This document shows, in pieces, positions 11,598 through 22,600 of a stretch of 64,000 bases of DNA. The stretch spans positions 110,112,001-110,176,000 of the forward strand of contig NC_086101.1 of NCBI RefSeq assembly GCF_963921235.1. The letters are read 5' to 3'. A program made the position numbers and the translations under genes. The stretch comes from Mobula hypostoma. Its lineage: Eukaryota. The notes beneath the pieces are model-generated. The model had not been told where the DNA came from, did not search any database, and was given only the letters and a program-made list of their open reading frames with translations. Position 1 is the stretch's first letter; every line of letters starts with the position of its first letter.

Positions 11598-14316
11598 GGA
11601 GGTGATAGAGAGGAACGAGAGGCAGGTAGTCACTCTGGGGCCTGGGGAGACAGATAACTTGGTAACAGTCAGGAGAGGGAAGGGTGAGTCAGCTACCAGA
11701 GAGTACCCCTGTGGCTGTCCCCCTTAGCACTAAGTACTCCTGTTTGAGTACTGTTGGGGGGAGGGAGTGACCTTCCCGGGGGAAGCAACAGTGGTCATGC
11801 CTCTGGCACAGAGTCTGGTCCTTTGGCTCAGAACTGTAGGGAAAGGATGAGGGTGGAAGCAGTGATTGGGGATCTCTATAGTTAGGGGGTCAGACAGGCG
11901 ATTCTGGGGACATAGGAAACAAACTTGGATAGTAGTTTGCCTCCCAGGTGCCAGGGTCTGGGACACTTCTGATCGTGTCCATGATATCCTGAAGTGGGAA
12001 GGTGAACATATTAGTAGGAAAAGAGAAGGAGTTAGGAAAGAAGCTGAGAAGCGGACCACAAGGGTAGTAATCTTGGGATTACTGCCTGTGCCACGCGACA
12101 GTGAGTATAGGAATAGAGTGAGGTGGAGGATAAATGTGTGGCTGAGTGATTGGAGCAGGGGGCAGGGATTCAGATTTCTGGATCATTGGGACCTCTGTTG
12201 GGGCAGGTATAACCTGTACAAAAAGGACGGGTTGCACTTGAATCCAAGAGGAACCAATATCCTGGTGGGGAGGTTTGCTAAGGCTACTGGGGAGAGTTTA
12301 AACTAGAATTTCTGGGGGGTGGGAACCAAACTGAAGAGGCGGAGGAAGGGGCGGTTGGCTCACAAATAGAGAAAGCTTGGAGACAGTGTGAAAGGGAGGA
12401 TAGGCAGGTGATAGAGAAGGGATACGCTCAGACCGATGGTTTGAGATGAGTCTATTTTAATCCAAGGAGCATTATGAACAAAGCAGATGAGCTCAGTATT
12501 TGGAGCTATGATGTTGTGACCATTACAGAGACTTGGATGGCTCAGGGGCAGGAATGGTTACTTAGTGTGCCAGGCTTTCGATGTTTCAGAAAGATCAGAG
12601 AGGGAGGCAAAAGAGCTGGGGGCGTGGCACTGCTGATCAGAGATAGTGTCATGGCTGCAGAAAAGGAGGAAGTCATGGAGGGTTTGTCTACTGAGTCTCT
12701 GTGGGTGGAAGTTAGAAACAGGAAGGGGTCAATAACTCTACTGGGTGCCTTTTATAGACCACCCAATAGTAGCAGGGACGTTGAGGAATAGATAGGGAGA
12801 CAGATTCTGGAATGGTGCAATAATAACAGAGTTGTCGTGATGGGAGATTTTAATTTCCCCAATATTGACTGGCATCTCCCTAGAGCAAGGGGTTTATATG
12901 GTGTGGAGTTTGTTAGGTGTGTTCAGGAAGGGTTTCTGACACAATATGTAGATTAAGCCTACAAGAGGAGTGGCTATACTTGATTTGGTACTGGGAAATG
13001 AACCTGGTCAGGTGTCAGATCTCTCAGTGGGAGAGCATTTTGGAGATAATGATCACAATCCTATCTCATTTACCATAGCATTGGAGAGGGATAGGAACAG
13101 ACAAGTCAGGAAAGCGTTTAATTGGAGTAAGGGGAACTATGAAGCTATCAGGCAGGAACTTGGAAGCATAAATGGGGAGCAGATGTTCTCAGGGAAATGT
13201 ATGGCAGAAATGTGGTAATGTTCAGGAATATGAGTGTGGCATTCTGCATAGGTACATTCCAGTGAGACAGGGAAATGATGGTAGTAAGGTATAGGAACCA
13301 TGGTGTACAAAGGCTATAGACAATCTAGTCAAGAAGAAAAGAAAAGCTTTCAAAAGGTTTAAAAAACTAGGTAATGATAGAGATCTAGAAAATTATAAGG
13401 CTAGCAGCAAGGAGCTTAAGAATGAAATTGGGAGGACCAGAAGGGGCCATGAGAAGGCTTTGGCAAGCAGGATTAAGGAAAAACCCAAGGCATTCTACAA
13501 GTACAGTTTGTGAAGAGCAAGAGGATAAGATGTGAGAGAATAGGACCAATCAAGTGTAACAGTGGAAAAGTGTTTGTGGAACCAGAGGAGATAGCAGAGG
13601 TACTTAATAAATACTCTGCTTCAGTATTCACTACAGAAAAGGACCTTGGCAATTGTAGGGATGACTTATAGCCAACTAAAAACTTGAACATATAGACATT
13701 AAGAAAAAGGATGTGCTGGAGCTTTTGGAAAGTACCTAGTTTTTTAAGTCACTGGGACCAGACGAGATGTACCCCAGGCTACTGCAGAAGGTGGGGGAGG
13801 AGATTGCTGAGCCTCTGGCAATTATCTTTGCATCATCAATGGGGACAGGAGAAGTTCTGGATGATTGGAGGGTTGCAAATGTTGTTCTCTTATTCAAGAA
13901 GGGGAGTGGAGATAGCCTACGAAATTATAGACCAGAGAGTCTTACTTCAGTGGTTGGTGAATTGATGGAGAAGATCCTGAGAGGCAGGATTTATGAACAT
14001 TTGGAGAGGCATAATGTGATTAGGAATAGTCAGCATGGCTTTGTCAAAGGTAGGTCGTGCCTTACGAGCCTGATTGAATTTCTTGAGGATTTGACTGGAT
14101 ATATTGACGGAGGTAGAGACGTAGATGTAATATATGTAGATTTCAGCAAGGCATTTGATAAGGTACTCCATGCAAGGCTTATTGAGAAAGTAAGTCGGCA
14201 TGGGATCCAAGGGTCCTTGCTTTGTGGATCCAGAATTGGCTTGCCCACAGAAGGCAAAGAGTAGCTGTAGATGGGTCATATACTGCACGGAAGTTGATAA
14301 CCAGTGGTGTGCCTCA
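11598..14316 (+). mobile_element. Decayed CR1 LINE (ORF1 C-half, EN, part of RT), 3' end missing
   Basis: Broken ORFs with GDSIVRG-like esterase, DGLHLN, ITETW, FYRPP, QHGF, DFSKAFDKV; stops abruptly near GVP. Confidence 0.85.
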
Positions 14317-14559
14317 CCTCAGGTTCATCTTGGACAGCACTTGGAGGCCTATGATTCCCATCATGGTTTCTGAACAGAATTAATACGCATGATTCTGACG
14401 TCGATGTCCGTATTTAGCTTCGACGTTCACCCCCGTGACCCAGAAGGGGATTGTCCAACCCAGCTGGATTGTCCCGTGATTCGTCTAGGATTCAATCAGA
14501 GGCTGTTGAGTGGCGCGTCTCGAACGACTGGAATGGTGCATCCCAGGCTGTAACTCAAT

Positions 14560-14810
14560 AAAGAAACTATTTAAGAGTATGTCCAATTCATAAACCTGTC
14601 AGTATAACTTCTTGGGTCATCTTATACCGATCTCCTAGTTAAGTTCCCGCCATCCTCCGATTTTTATATAAATGCCGTCCTTCGTTTTCTTTTTCCCAAC
14701 TTAGTTGCCACGGTGATCAAATAGACTTTTTAATTCTGGATTTTATCTCCCTGTCACGCAAAGGCACCTCTACATTTATATTCTAATGTTAAGCGATTGT
14801 TTGGCAAGAA
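14560..14810 (-). pseudogene. Fossil Nimb/I-clade LINE ORF2 fragment (post-RNase H region)
   Basis: Manual translation NINVEVPLRDREIKSRIKKSI*SPWQLSWEKENEGRHLY...QEVILTGL*IGHT fits the remembered W...W.....KGRHLY...RLRIGHT motif. Confidence 0.55.
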
Positions 14811-14869
14811 TCAATGGCTGTTTGCAGGCTCCTAACTTCTGTTTCTGGCTGCTGCCAATCAACTAACTA

Positions 14870-15309
14870 ACTAATCAATTTCCTCCCAATAATTTGCAAA
14901 AAGTGTCTCTTTCGGGCTTCAGAACTTTTGAACTCTGCAATACGTGTGGAGACACAACATTTATCAGAACTCCCGCCTCCTGCTCCAACCTGCGCCTCAC
15001 TCGTTTGAGGTGCTGCTTTCCCGCTTCACTGACTCTCCCGTCACCAACTCAACCTCAGTACAGGAGAATTCACCTCACTCCCCACTTTGGCCGCACAAGC
15101 CGACCCAAGTGTAGAGAGCGGCGGGTGGGGCAAGAGCAAGGGAAATGTCCCGAGGGGTGATGGAGCCCAAGAGCTGGAGGCGGAGTCGGGGGACTGAAGA
15201 AAGCAGAAGCATTGATTCAGTGTCAGTGACAGGGCAGTTGTGAGTCATAGTCAGAGTCACCGACCGACGCGATCAGGTCCAGAGAGGGAGTGTCGGTGGG
15301 GGAGACGCC
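14870..15309 (+). promoter_or_regulatory. Putative promoter/5' UTR of the receptor gene
   Basis: Non-repetitive CpG-containing sequence upstream of the ATG; AP-1 consensus TGAGTCA at 15241-15247; ETS/PU.1-like GAGGAAAT on - strand near 14877-14885; no clear TATA. TSS unknown. Confidence 0.4.
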
Positions 15310-15352
15310 ATGGACGTTTCGCTCTGTCTGGTGTTGGTTCAGTTGACAGTGG
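15310..15352 (+). CDS. PILR-alpha-like triple-V ITIM receptor, exon 1 (signal peptide MDVSLCLVLVQLTV)
   Basis: ATG in strong Kozak context (gacgccATGG); 14 hydrophobic codons + G, then donor gtgagt at 15353; phase 1 joins exon 2 to give ...LTV-A-WSSGSG. Not in the ORF track. Confidence 0.88.
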
Positions 15353-16576
15353 GTGAGTAGACCCAGCTTCATTACGTACCTCCTCTATCCCCATTCCCCA
15401 CCCCTCCTCTCATCAGCCAACCCCTCCTAACACGCCCTCCAGAATACTCTCTCCGGTGCAGAACCCTCGGCACCGTTTCGAGAGGCCTCCCTCCTGTCCC
15501 GCCTCTCTAATTCAGAGAGAGAGTGTTAGTCCGTGTGATGCCTTCCCCGGCTGCAGGAACAAATGCCTGCATTTGACTAGCACCCTCACAGGAGATTAGG
15601 AACAGCTCGAAGTGCTTCCCACCCGCTAACGGGTATAAAGAGTTGAAATGAGGAACAGAAGATCCGGGAAAGGCCTGTTGCTAACGTCGGGGTTATAGGT
15701 GGAGGTTTGCTGAGGCGGAGGATTTCTTTTTTTGGAGAGAGACCATTTGTTGCGGCTTGTATAGCTGATCGGAGAGAGGGCAAGAACAGAACGGGCAGAG
15801 AGAGCTCGAAGGGCGACAGTGCGAGATCCGGGTTTTAGTTCATAACCGATTCCCGGGGATAGTTACAGGTTGGAATCCAGTAAAAGGTTTTAATGTGTTT
15901 ATACAATGAATAACAGATCCGAAGGGTTAGTGCCAGGCTGGAATCTACACACGCAGGAGCACACACACATAGTATTGCAAGGGTTAAATGCGTTTATATG
16001 GTCAATAACATTCCCGAAGTATGTAGATTCTGAAACCTAATCCCTGGGCCCAGGAGTTTAAAGCTGTGTTGCCTGATTCCCCATTGGTGGTCTTAGGCTC
16101 GGAGTGTGAAAGGGAATCGTAAAATTTACTATCGATGTAGGTAAATGTCACGATATTTCAGAATTTCAGGACAATAATGTAATAATGTAATACAATGGAA
16201 TTTATGATAATCGGCACATAAGCATAAAACTGTCAACCAATGCGCAAAGCAAGTCAAATTCTGCAAACAGAAATTTTACTGACAACTAGATTTGTAAAGA
16301 GATCTTGAAAGTGAGTGTGCAGGTGAGAGAGTGAGTTCACAGATTCAGTGTGTGAAGTTCTCCACGCCGGGTCAGGGTGCTGGTGGTTGGTAATGCGGGT
16401 CTGTTGCAATTTGGATCTAACGGGTTTGAGAGGAGAAAGAATTGTTCTGGAGTTCGGTCTGTCAATCAGAGGGCAGGGACTTGCCTGGCGCTGAGAGAAT
16501 TGCGGGCTGATTATCCGCCGGGTGAGATGTGGGTGGAGGTTCCCAAATGACCATTTGCTCCCTCCCTCTCCCTCAG

Positions 16577-16933
16577 CATGGAGCAGCGGAAGTGGCTTCC
16601 GGGTGGAGCAGCCGAAATACATCGAGGCCGTAGAGAACGAGCCCGTCACTCTCACCTGCACCTTTACCCGCCCGGAAATCTCCTCACTCCGAGACATTGA
16701 CGTTAGATGGAGAGTTCGCAATTACTACACGGCAGGTATATTCAGATATCTGAATAACCACACACACAAAGATTTCAGAGGCCGGATCAAGTTCCTGGGT
16801 TCACCATTTAGAGACAACACAGGCTCCATCCGCTTACTCCGGGTCAGAGAACTGGACAGCAACATATACTTCTGCAGTGTGGTGATCTTGGGGGAAGTGT
16901 ACACAGGTCCTGGGACCGTCCTGTCAGTTCAAG
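16577..16933 (+). CDS. Exon 2: IgV domain 1 (NKp30-like VJ-type)
   Basis: Acceptor ctctccctcag, donor gtgaga at 16934, phase 1-1. V-set hallmarks: VTLTC (B Cys), VRW (C Trp), FRGRI, DSNIYFC (F Cys), J-like TGPGTVLSV. Confidence 0.93.
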
Positions 16934-18066
16934 GTGAGAACCCCTTCCTCTGTCTCAGAGACGGTGGAGTTTGTTGCGGCTGGAGGTGTTGTCTGGGGTT
17001 GGGGAGTTGCAGGTGAGGGAGCAACGAGTGGTAAATGGAGGAAGCTACGGGTTTACGGAGTTTACATGTCTCTGTGCCGAATAAGGAATTAGACAGGCAG
17101 ACGAAGCAGATGAAACTGCGGGAGTCTCACAGACACACACAGGCACGAACACACACGTAACAATTCCTGACAGTCCGTGGTGAGAGGGGAGTCGGGGCAG
17201 GCATAATGTAATTATGTTGGATAACAGACCCCCGGGATTCAATTACTGAAGTGGATGTAACTTCGGCGCTCCGTGGGTTTATATATCGATTAAGTGATAC
17301 TTAGCTGTGAGATGCAGACGGGGATCTAATCCAGGGGTTCGGGTGTTTCGCTGCAAGAGACCCCAGAGAGTTAGTAGTGAGTGGAATCTTATCCAGGGGT
17401 TCATTGAGCTTATGTTGTGAAATACAGATTCCCAGACGTGAATTAGACGCTGTGATCTCTGAAACAATCTGGGAGTTTAATATAGAGTATAACAACTAAC
17501 CATGAGTTGGGTATGGACCAGAATCTAATCTGGTGTTCAGATTGTTTGCCTAACAATGCACAGATGCCCGGGAGTGAGTTGCAGACTGGACTACAATCAA
17601 GGGTTCAGAGGTTTTATATTTCGAAATATATGCCCAGAGAGAGTTTCAGGCTGTGACAGGTTGTTTGGACTTCGGGATTATATATAGATAACAAATTCCC
17701 ATCTACGTGTTACACGTTGTGATCTAATTCAAGAGTTTAAACGGTCTTTGTTGAGAATGGCAGGACCCCAAAAGTGAGTTTGATGCTGACATGCAATCTC
17801 GGGGCACAGGGGTTGATGTCTGATTTGCCTAATTCCCGATTGGTGGTCACAGGCTTGGAGAGAGGACGATGCTAGCGGTTAGGAATGGGGACTTGTTTTC
17901 AGTAAGCATTTGATGGATTTGGAAGGGGAAGGATTTAGTCCGGAAGTTAGTTTATTAATCAGAGCGCAGGGACTTGTCTGTTGCTGAGACTATTATGGGA
18001 TGGTTTTCCGCCGAATGAAATGTGATAGGAAGTTCCCGAATGATCGTTTGCTCCCTTTTCCCTCAG

Positions 18067-18441
18067 CACGGACCGGTAGCCGTGAGTTCCGGGTGAAGCA
18101 GCCGGGGTACCAGGAGGCTGCAGAGAATGGGTCCGCCATTCTCCCCTGTTCCTTCACTTACCCGGACACTTATACACCCAGAGACATTCATATCACTTGG
18201 AGAGTGAGTGGGTTTCATGGTGCAGAGATATTCGATTCTTCACGAAACAACGCATTCGGGGAATACCGAGGCCGGATCGAGTTCCTGGGCTCCCCATTGC
18301 GAGACAAGACGGGCTCCATCCGCTTACATCGGCTGAAAGGAAATGACTCCAATTTCTATGTCTGCCGTGTGACAATTTTGGAAGATCATCGGAAGCCGAC
18401 TGGATGGCAAAGCATCTCAGGGACGTTTCTGTCAGTGAGAG
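18067..18441 (+). CDS. Exon 3: IgV domain 2 (PILR-like)
   Basis: Acceptor ttttccctcag, donor gtgagt at 18442, phase 1-1. ILPCSF, ITWRVSGFHG, DSNFYVCRV, WQSISGTFLSV. Confidence 0.93.
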
Positions 18442-19105
18442 GTGAGTCCTGAATCCTTAGCCTGACCTCTGCTCTTGTCTGAAGGTTCTTTCAATTAATC
18501 CCTGTGCATCAACCCAGCTTCATGTCTTCACATTCTCATCCTGCAGGAGGTCAGTCCATCACATCCATACTGACCGATTGACTGCCACCCGCATTAAGCT
18601 CACCTCCGGGGGTTCGTCCCTCACCTGTGCCTGGATAGTTCAGGTATTGGTGTAGATAATTCCGAAAGGATGTCAGTGACTGCTCCGCCCCTCTCTCTCT
18701 GGCAGTGGGTTCCAAATACTCACCGCTCTCAGTGTGAAACTTCCTTCTCAGACCCCCTCCAAATCCCTTAAACTGCACCTTTATGTTTTATCAAATATTA
18801 CCTGTAATCTACCCTGTCTCTGCCCTCATGGGTATGTGTACCTCAATCATGTTCCTGCACAACCATGTCCTTTCATGACATGTAATCTAGGGGCTCAGGG
18901 TTCGATGCCTGGTTTGCCTAATTCTCCACTGATAGTCACAGGCTTAGAGAATGGACGATTTAGTCTGGATTTATTCTGCATTGGTCTAGTTCATGAATCA
19001 GAGTGCAGGGACTTGTCTGCTGCTGAGAGTATTATAGGATGGTTTTCCGCCGAATGAAATGTGATAGGAGGTTCCCGAATGATCGTTTGCTCCCTTTTCC
19101 CTTAG

Positions 19106-19480
19106 CACGGACCGGTAGCCGTGAGTTCCGGGTGAGGCAGCTGGGGTACCAGGAGGCTGCAGAGAATGGGTCTGTCATTCTCCCCTGTTCCTTCACTTAC
19201 CCGGACACTTATACACCCAGAGACATTCATATCACTTGGAGAGTGGGTGAGTTCTTTGGTACAGAGATATTCGATTCTTCACGAAACAACGCATTCGGGG
19301 AATACCGAGGCCGGATCGAGTTCCTGGGCTCCCCCTTGCGAGACAAGACGGGCGCCATCCGCTTACATCGGCTGAAAGGAAATGACTCCAATTTCTATTT
19401 CTGCCGTGTGAGAAGTTTAAATGATCATGATAAGCTAACTGAATGGCAAAGCATCTCGGCGACGTTTCTGTCAGTGCGAG
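19106..19480 (+). CDS. Exon 4: IgV domain 3 (PILR-like, duplicate of V2)
   Basis: Acceptor ttttcccttag, donor gtcagt at 19481, phase 1-1; open frame, 27 nt differences from exon 3 by my count; DSNFYFCRV, WQSISATFLSV. Confidence 0.9.
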
Positions 19481-20699
19481 GTCAGTCCTGAATTCTTACC
19501 CTGACCTCTGCTCTTGTCTAAAGGTTCTTTGATTTCATGGTTTGATGTAGTTTCTCACGATTTATTTCCTGTGCATTGACTTAACTTTATGTTTTCATAC
19601 AGCAAGGACGCAGTCCCCTCCACCCATTATGTCCATGCTGACTCTTATCCGCATGAAACCTGTCTCCCGCCACTTGGTTACTCACCTTTTGTCCCTGGGT
19701 AGTTCAGGTACTCGTCCAGACGCTTCCTTGATGCTATCACTGACTCCGCTTTTTCAGGCAGAGTGTTCCAGGTGCTCACCACTCTGTGGTTCTCCCCACC
19801 CCCATCACCTCTACCCAATCACCCTAAAATTGAACTCGCAAGTTTTATTTACTTCTGACATGAGTGTCCTGTAGTCTATACCTCTTATAATTTTAAAGAC
19901 CTTATACATATGTCCCTTCGAAATCTCCTCAACTCCAGGGACAATTGACCTGGTCTCTGCTCATCACTGCAGCTCCATCCCAGATTACATCCTGTGAAAC
20001 TCTCCACCATCTCCAGCACTACCTCTGTTTGACAATACTCAATATTTTCCTACCATTGGTGCTGTGTGTCCTGTCCTAGTGGATACTGGCAAAATATATC
20101 GCCTCACATGGATCTGGATTGAACTCCACCAGCCACTTGCCAAATACAATAGATTCTGCAGACGCAGAAAATCCAGAGTAACACACACAAAATGCAGGAG
20201 GAACTCAGCAGGTCAGGCAGCATCTATGGAGGGGAATAAATAGCCGATGTTTTGGACAGAGATCCTTCTTCAGGACTGGAAATTAATGGGGAAGAAGCCG
20301 GAATAAGAAGGTGAGGGGCGGCGAGGAATGAGTACACGCTGGCAGATGGCCGTGTCTGGGTGCGGTCACGGTTGAAGAATCAGAGAGCAGCAGAGACAAC
20401 AGATGGGAAGCAGTGGGATGAGGCCCTGTGGGAGAGATGACTAAACTTCTCCAGAGTAGGCATACCCTGAAGAGAGATTGCGGTGGTTCATCAAATTATA
20501 AACACAAGATTCTGCAGATGCTGGAGGAACTCAGCATGTCAGGCAGAATCTATGGAGATTTCTCAGACCATTTCATCAAAACATTCCCCATAGCTAACAC
20601 TTCCCTCCACACTGCCAACATCTTCACCCATCTTTGTGTCATCTGAAAACTTACTGATCACGCCTTCGACATCCACATTCAGATCAGTCATATGCACGC

Positions 20700-21095
20700 A
20701 GAAGCCACTTTATTAAGTACACCTGCTTGGTAATTCATGTATTTAATTAGCTAATGATGTGGCCGCAACTCAATGCAGACATGGTCAAGAGGTTCAGCGG
20801 TTCAGCCCAAACATCAGAATGTGGAAGAAATTTGACTGCTGAATGATTGTGGTTCCAGAAGAGGCAGTTTGAGAATCTTAGAAACTGTGGATCTGCTGGG
20901 ATTTTCACTCAGAACAGTCAGTCAACGTCAGAGGAGAATGGCCAGATTGGTTCAAGTTGTCAGGGAGGCATTCACAACAGGTGTTTCAACAGTGGTGTGC
21001 AGAAGAACACCCCTGAACGCACAACACACCGAACCGTGAAGTGGATGGGCTACAGTAGCAGAAGACCATGGACATACACTCAGTCACCACTTTAT
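20700..21095 (+). mobile_element. Tc1-like MITE, degenerate copy
   Basis: gccactttattaagtacacc ... gtggatgggctacagtagcagaagacca, same family as 24921-25462. Confidence 0.65.
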
Positions 21096-22109
21096 TTGGC
21101 ACAGAAGCTACAAGATAAAGTGGACACTGAGCGGCAAGTTGGATCCTAATGCTTTGAGTCCAAAGGTACTTCAGAAGTCAAGAATCAGGCATAAATCCTG
21201 CTAATGATCATCTCATTTGATATTACAAGAGCAGAAAATGGACAAGAAAGAGGAGCTTAAAAAAAAACAAAGAAATGGTCAAAGGGAAAAGCGGTTGTAA
21301 TCACCTCAGTGATTACACAATCTCTAGTGTCAAAGACTAGAGATAACTCAAATTCCAGTGATAACAATTAGCCCATAAAAGACAAACACAAGAAATTTGG
21401 ATGCTGGAAATCTAAAGCAGCTCACAAAAAAATTGCTGGAGGAACTTTACAGGTCAGGCAGCATCTATGGATATGAATAAATAGTCAACACTCTGGCCGA
21501 GTCCCTTCTTCAGGGCTGGAGAGTATAAGGGGAAGACGACAAAATAAAAGGTGGTGGGAGGGAAAGGAGGATAGCTGGAAGGTGATCGGTGAAGCCAGGT
21601 GGGTAGGAAAGGTAAAGGGTTGGGGAGGAAGGAATCTGATCGCAGATTGGACAATAGATGAAAGGGATGGAGGATAGAACCCAGGGGAGGCAATAGCCAG
21701 GCGAGAAGAGTTAAGGAGCCAAAGTGGGGAATTGAAGAAAAGGGTAGAGGGTTGTTTTTTTTTCTAGCAGCAGGAGAATCGATATACATGCCATCAGGTT
21801 GTAAATAATTTATATTTAATTAATATATTTCTTATGAATGTTTTGTGCCTGATGCTACATGCCTGTGATGCTGTTGCAAATTAGTATTTCATTATACCTA
21901 TGCAGATGACAATAAACTTGACTTTGACCCTTCTCAAAAAACAAATGCTCCCTCTTTGTGGTGAACCTGCCCTGGGCATTTGAAGTGGCAAGTTCTTCAT
22001 GGCTACTGACCAGGAGCAACACATACCCTCCTTAACATGGGAGGGGTAGTTCAAGGAGTAGAGATTGCAGAAGGCAGGCTAATCACTTCTCTGCTTGAAA
22101 TCTTCACAG

Positions 22110-22229
22110 CCGGATCAGCTGACCCCAGGGGCAGTCCGACCTTGCTCTACACCCTTTTGGGGGTCTGTGGGCTAGCACTATGTGTCGGACTGGTCTTCGG
22201 GATTTGGATCATCAAGAGAAAGAGAAGTG
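22110..22229 (+). CDS. Exon 5: short linker + transmembrane helix + basic stop-transfer
   Basis: Acceptor tcttcacag, donor gtgagt at 22230, phase 1-1; GSADPRGSP-TLLYTLLGVCGLALCVGLVFGIWII-KRKRS; no charged TM residue. Confidence 0.92.
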
Positions 22230-22244
22230 GTGAGTAATTCTCCA

Positions 22245-22600
22245 GGATATATATGGAAACCCTTTCCATGGGAGATCCCTCTCACTGTGAGGTCCCTCGC
22301 TGACACATGCTTTTGGGAGATGACTCTCACTGGGAGAACTCTCAATCTCTGGAAAATCCCTCTCACAGAGTTTACTCCTTGTGAAATTCCTCTCACTAGG
22401 AGCCCTGACTGGACAGTCCCCCGCTCTGCGAGATACCCTCCTTCCCGCTGGGAGAACCCCCTCCCCCAATGCTCTGGGAGATTTACTCCTCCCTCTCCCA
22501 CTCTGGGAGATTCATCACCCCCCCCCGCTCTAAGAGATTTGAGCTTCCTCCTCCCCCCTCGCTGGGAGATTACACCCCACCCTGCTCTGGAAGGTACCTC
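22245..22600 (+). repeat. Degenerate tandem array with (gct)ctgggagat core
   Basis: Repeated ctgggaga/ctcact motifs separated by C-runs, directly after the TM exon donor. Confidence 0.6.

Noticed and set aside
16577-19480. Tandem V exons as rearranging Ig/TCR V gene segments
   Set aside because: Each exon already encodes the G strand and ends in a GT donor; I saw no CACAGTG heptamer/nonamer after them; there is a single leader exon for all three.
19602-19874. Extra stalk exon after V3 (tacag|CAAGGACGCAG..., ARTQSPPP...)
   Set aside because: The sequence is a decayed CR1 3' end with a diverged paralogue at 18545; no convincing phase-1 donor. RNA-seq could still overturn this.
22110-22229. 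Activating (PILR-beta or NKp30-type) receptor
   Set aside because: No Lys/Arg/Asp in the TM and ITIMs downstream; no second TM exon found in the window.
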